Of a stretch of 64,000 bases of DNA, positions 60,014 to 64,000 are shown piece by piece. The position numbers were made by a program, and so were the translations under genes. Source of the stretch: an uncultured Verrucomicrobiae bacterium (GTDB lineage: Bacteria > Verrucomicrobiota > Verrucomicrobiia > Chthoniobacterales > UBA10450); NCBI GenBank assembly GCA_963735805.1, contig CAVTMK010000002.1, positions 1,568,001 through 1,632,000 of the forward strand, read 5' to 3'. How positions within the stretch are numbered: the stretch's first letter is position 1; every line of letters starts with the position of its first letter. The notes beneath the pieces were generated by a model. The model made no database searches and was not told the origin of the DNA. It worked only from the letters and a program-made list of their open reading frames with translations.

Positions 60014-61375
60014 TCACCACGTTCGCTTCAGTGGGTGTGCTTCAGTATTGAAGATGACTTTATCGAACTCCAAAGTTTCAGACGGCGCGAAGAGCAAGTA
60101 GAAATATTTGAAGGTCTCCGCCAGAGCGAAACTCTCCATTTCGTCGATCTGTTGTTTGTTGATCACGTCCCCAAGCGCAGCGTAACCAGCCTCGGTGCGG
60201 CAATACTTAACAAAGTCATCAAACATTTTCTCGCCCATACGACGATACTCCGGGTCACGCGTGTAATGATAAAGGTAGTAAACGGACTCTACTATTTCGG
60301 GACGCAGATGATAACTTCCTGCCACCACATGCATCGTTTTGTAATCAATAGCTTCCGGTTCGATACCGTAAAGGTTCCACATCTTGAACGATGAAGCTTG
60401 CAGGCGACGCGCACGTTCCAGATCGCCGGATATGGCAAGTAAAGCAGGAAAGAACGCATCGAGCGCGCCGTAAGTTGTCCTGGTCCGCTTACCTGTCTGC
60501 ATATCGGCGTGGCCGTACCACAATCCGCCGCCGCTTTCGTCCGCAAGATATTTGTGAACGGCGGGAATACTCGCTTCCCACATGTCGCGACAATCTTTAT
60601 CGCCAAACAGACGCCAGCACTTCCATAGATACTCGTAGTACGAGTCAATGCCGCCGCTGATGTGACTGTCTGTGTTCGTCCATGCACCTGTTTCGACGTT
60701 GATCCTCTCGCCAACGAGTCCGAGCGCCGAACGACGTTTGAATGTTTCTACCATGGCGCGTTTTGCTTTGTCGTAAAAAACGGGCTTACCGGTCAGTTTG
60801 CTAAGCGTGCCAAATTCCAAGAGCAACGTGCCGGTTTCTGCCGGATTCGTTATTGGGTCGCGTGTCTGGCCAGTGCGCAGGTTAACGTAAACATACGGCA
60901 GTCCTGTCGGTGAATTGAAAACCGGGAGCAATCGGTTGCCCAAATCTTCCGCCAAACTCAAAAGGCGTTTGTCGTCTGTCAGTTGATAGCCGGAAAGCAG
61001 CCCGCCGAGCAGGCGTATCGTTATTTCGAAGTTTTTGACGTAGACATCGCGATCGAACGACAGATCACTGACGATCAGTGATCGTGCTCTTTCTGCCTCG
61101 GGATCGAGATGCATTAGGATGAGCGTGTCGAGCGCATCGACTGGCGTCATCAAAAGCGGCCGCCCGTACCAATCGCGAGCAGTTTTGCTTAAAGGCCGCA
61201 ACGCATCGTGACCCCATGCGTATCGTTCGTAGTTATTCCAGGCATGCAGGAATTCACTTCTCACACGCGCAGCGAGGAAGCGGGCGTGCTCGTCCTGCCG
61301 TGATTTGTTACATCCGTGCGTTGTCAGTGCAACGGCAGCGAGCAAAACCGCAGTTGATACAATTCGTCCTGGCAT
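60014..61375 (-). CDS. GH47 alpha-1,2-mannosidase, probable lipoprotein
   Basis: FEITIRLLGGLLS, DSYYEY, LRPE, ESFALAETFKY, NTEAHP; THGC lipobox-like. Confidence 0.9.
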   Translation of the reverse strand: MPGRIVSTAVLLAAVALTTHGCNKSRQDEHARFLAARVRSEFLHAWNNYERYAWGHDALRPLSKTARDWYGRPLLMTPVDALDTLILMHLDPEAERARSLIVSDLSFDRDVYVKNFEITIRLLGGLLSGYQLTDDKRLLSLAEDLGNRLLPVFNSPTGLPYVYVNLRTGQTRDPITNPAETGTLLLEFGTLSKLTGKPVFYDKAKRAMVETFKRRSALGLVGERINVETGAWTNTDSHISGGIDSYYEYLWKCWRLFGDKDCRDMWEASIPAVHKYLADESGGGLWYGHADMQTGKRTRTTYGALDAFFPALLAISGDLERARRLQASSFKMWNLYGIEPEAIDYKTMHVVAGSYHLRPEIVESVYYLYHYTRDPEYRRMGEKMFDDFVKYCRTEAGYAALGDVINKQQIDEMESFALAETFKYFYLLFAPSETLEFDKVIFNTEAHPLKRTW

Positions 61376-61418
61376 TTAGTTCGGATCAGCCTAACAATCG
61401 ACTAGGAGGCGTTCAAAA

Positions 61419-62546
61419 ATGAATACGATGTCTATTTCGCGACGTAAATTTGCACAATTGTTAGGAGCAGGCGCGGCCGCTGCAGTCGTTAGGCCACAGT
61501 TTTCTTTCGCAAAGCCAACTCAGTCCACTGCCACATCGTTAACGGCGGGCGGCAATATCGTGCGGCTGAGTGCGAATGAAAATCCTTACGGACCGTCGCC
61601 GAAAGGATTGCAGGCGATGACGGATTCATTCGGCCTCGCCTGCCGGTATCCGGACGACCACAATAACGTGCTGATCGATAAGCTTGCGAAGCTGAACGGT
61701 GTCAATCGCGACCAGATCCTGCTGGGTGACGGTTCCGGCGAAATTCTCAAACTCTGCGCGGAAACGTATACGGGACCTCAGAACGGGAAGCTCGTCGCGG
61801 CGGATCCCACGTTTGAAGCAATACTCACTGGCGCCACCGCCAACGGGGCTGAAGTAGTAAAAGTGCCGTTGACCAGCACCTTCGCGCATGACCTGGAGAA
61901 AATGCTCGCCGCGGCGAAGGACGGTTTGATTTACGTCTGCAATCCAAACAATCCTACCGCCAGCATTACGCCGAAGGCTCAGCTGCATGATTTCATCGTT
62001 AAGACTCCACTGACAACGACGATTCTCGTCGACGAAGCCTATTTTCATTACGCCGACAGCCCCGACTACGAGAGTGTGATCGCACTTGTGAAGGAGCATC
62101 CGAACCTGATTGTCTCGCGCACATTTTCAAAAATTTATGGCATGGCAGGAATACGCTGCGGCTATTGCGTTGCACAAAAGGACACGATTGAGCGGATGCG
62201 CCCGAACCAGATGTGGGACAGCGTCAACTGTATGGCGCTGGCAGCTGCTACTGCGAGCCTCGATGATCTGGATCATGTCCCGAACGGACAACGATTAAAC
62301 AAAGACGCAAAAACGTTCACGACATCCGAGCTCGAGAAGATGGGTTACAAAGTAATCCCGTCGCAGGCGAACTTCATCATGTTCGACTGCAAACGCCCGG
62401 TCGTTCCGCTCATTAAAGCGATGAAAGAGCAGAACGTCCACGTCGGCCGCTTATTCCCGGCATTGCCAAATCACATGCGCCTCACGATCGGTAAAAAGTC
62501 GGAAATGGAAGCCTTTCTGGCAGCATTTCGCCAGGCCATGGTCTAA
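61419..62546 (+). CDS. HisC-like class I/II aminotransferase with a Tat signal
   Basis: SRRKF signal; NENPYG, NPNNPT, DEAY, RTFSKIYG; aggagg RBS. Confidence 0.88.
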   Translation: MNTMSISRRKFAQLLGAGAAAAVVRPQFSFAKPTQSTATSLTAGGNIVRLSANENPYGPSPKGLQAMTDSFGLACRYPDDHNNVLIDKLAKLNGVNRDQILLGDGSGEILKLCAETYTGPQNGKLVAADPTFEAILTGATANGAEVVKVPLTSTFAHDLEKMLAAAKDGLIYVCNPNNPTASITPKAQLHDFIVKTPLTTTILVDEAYFHYADSPDYESVIALVKEHPNLIVSRTFSKIYGMAGIRCGYCVAQKDTIERMRPNQMWDSVNCMALAAATASLDDLDHVPNGQRLNKDAKTFTTSELEKMGYKVIPSQANFIMFDCKRPVVPLIKAMKEQNVHVGRLFPALPNHMRLTIGKKSEMEAFLAAFRQAMV

Positions 62547-62604
62547 TCCCAACAAGGAGCAACAGAAATGGTGGCGTCCAAGCGGCGCCCCACGCGCCTG
62601 GGTA

Positions 62605-63093
62605 TCAAATGAGCATTGCCAGATCGGGCAAAGCCGCGCGGACGGCCGCCGCGCGCGCATGATCGTCGGCGAGCAAGCGAAAGTCCGCGAAGTCGAATCC
62701 CGGGCCAACTGTGCAGCCGACAAACGCATATTCCCCCAGCGGCCGCGCTGCCTGCCAAATTCCGGCGGCGATTATGCATACCGGCGCGTCCGAGCCGCTG
62801 CCCACCGGAGCCAACCGATGGCGCAGGACAGATTCACCTGATGCGCTGAGCTCCAGCAACTCCAGCGGCCCACCTTCGTACAGGTGCCAGACCTCATCCG
62901 ATGCGACCTGATGCCAACGGCTGAAGCTACTCTCTGTGAGCAGGAAGTAGATCGTCGTCAGCGCGGCACGGGGCTTGCGCCCATCTGTCGGGGTAACCTC
63001 AACTGCGGATCGGAATATCTGGCGATAAAAACCGCCCTCGGGATGGGGCCGCAAATCCAGTGTTGTAATCAATTCGGCAGCTCGCGGGTGCAT
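62605..63093 (-). CDS. Cupin DUF985 family protein
   Basis: HPEGGFYR, TTIYFLL, DEVWHLYEG, VGPGFDFADF. Confidence 0.88.
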   Translation of the reverse strand: MHPRAAELITTLDLRPHPEGGFYRQIFRSAVEVTPTDGRKPRAALTTIYFLLTESSFSRWHQVASDEVWHLYEGGPLELLELSASGESVLRHRLAPVGSGSDAPVCIIAAGIWQAARPLGEYAFVGCTVGPGFDFADFRLLADDHARAAAVRAALPDLAMLI

Positions 63094-63101
63094 CGCGTAA
63101 T

Positions 63102-63851
63102 TTAGTGTCCTGATTCGGTGTGCTCTTTTAACAATGCTAAATATTGCGCAATCAATTCGGGGCCATGTACCGCGGACCAATGGCCGGAAATGATCTTATC
63201 AATCTCGAGATGAAGCAGCCGAAGTTTTTCAAGGGTCTTGGGATATTCTTCCAGGTTGGCAAAAGCGAGGTTGCCGAGGTGTTCCTTCAGAATCGAGCCA
63301 GCGTACAGAACCTTTTCCTTCGGAAAGTAAACGAAGATATCGTCTACGTTGTGTGAAGGCCCGAGGTAAAAGCAGCGAATATCGCCGTTCTCAAGTGTAA
63401 AATCGGCGTCGTAGGTCTTCGTCGGAAGAACCAACGGCAGACTGGGATAAGTCGGAAAATACTTGCGGGTAAAATCCCCTGCTTTCGCCCAATCTTTTTC
63501 GAGCGTCTCTTTGGTCAACTTCGTCGAAACGATGTGCGCACCAATGCGCTTCCAGTAGGCGCTGCCTCCCGCGTATTCTGGATCGTGATCGGGGAGAATG
63601 ACGTCGCTGATTGGCTTATTGGTCACCGTCCTGATTGCCTGAGCGAGCAATTCGGCCGTATCTGGAGACCAACCTGCGCCGACGACCGTCACCGACGCCG
63701 CGCCGATATAAACGGCGTAATTTGTTTTTGCGTAGTGTGAATCCTCCGCCACATAGACTGAACCGGACAGCGCGTAGATAGATACACCGGGTTCGGTCGC
63801 CTTAACCACAGAAATCGAGAGTAACCAGATAGAAGCAATGACTAATTTCAC
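63102..63851 (-). CDS. Subclass B2 (CphA-like) metallo-beta-lactamase homolog with altered metal ligands
   Basis: Collinear with remembered CphA (VTVVGA.W.PDTA, AGG.AYWK.IGA, LPLVLP, GP.H, IFVYFP, ILKE.LGNL, GH.S..HGPELI); GTG start at 63851, signal peptide. Confidence 0.85.
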   Translation of the reverse strand: MKLVIASIWLLSISVVKATEPGVSIYALSGSVYVAEDSHYAKTNYAVYIGAASVTVVGAGWSPDTAELLAQAIRTVTNKPISDVILPDHDPEYAGGSAYWKRIGAHIVSTKLTKETLEKDWAKAGDFTRKYFPTYPSLPLVLPTKTYDADFTLENGDIRCFYLGPSHNVDDIFVYFPKEKVLYAGSILKEHLGNLAFANLEEYPKTLEKLRLLHLEIDKIISGHWSAVHGPELIAQYLALLKEHTESGH

Positions 63852-63863
63852 GACGAGCAAAGA

Positions 63864-63987
63864 ATCTAACGAGAACAAGATGAGCGACCGTCGCCGAGAG
63901 CGAGCGTGGCTCCGATTGAAACTGCTTTAGTAATCTCAAAACTTGAACACGCAGCGGACGGCGGTTCGCTCCAGCGCTTGGTTAGAC
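63864..63987 (-). mobile_element. Integron attC recombination site
   Basis: Minus strand GTCTAAC-5 nt-GCTGGAGC GAACCGCCG ... CGACGGTC GCTCATC-8 nt-GTTAGAT; 124 bp; stop codons just upstream. Confidence 0.8.
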
Positions 63988-64000
63988 CCATCATTTATCA

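Noticed and set aside
61389..61400. GCCTAACAATCG as an attC R'' box
   Set aside because: It lies in a 43-bp divergent gap with no complementary arm.

Overview
Bacterial chromosomal segment, mostly housekeeping genes: trpS, mlaEFD, xerC, mcsA-mcsB-clpC, ilvE, trmL, tal, purL/F/M, hemL, tRNA-Cys, accBC, sucCD, lnt and dtd. Gene content and repeat style suggest a soil Verrucomicrobiota (Chthoniobacterales-like) genome; this is inference, not a database result. Five things stand out. (1) At the right end an integron-type attC site precedes a CphA-like (subclass B2) metallo-beta-lactamase homolog whose metal-binding motif is heavily altered. (2) A 29-aa PqqA-like precursor peptide gene (WxKP...ECTCY), missed by the ORF track, is coupled to an unknown 75-aa ORF in an eroded islet beside tRNA-Cys, with no pqqBCDE in the window. 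(3) A palindromic repeat family supplies the start codon of three genes (xerC, purM, a GH-GT fusion) through its terminal ATGACA. (4) Heptamer-periodic and GTAG-type repeats sit at gene junctions and inside ORFs. (5) Two tandem secreted low-complexity proteins carry peptidoglycan-binding domains. No CRISPR array, rRNA, transposase or integron integrase was seen. Family calls rest on motif recognition and remembered sequences; no searches were run.
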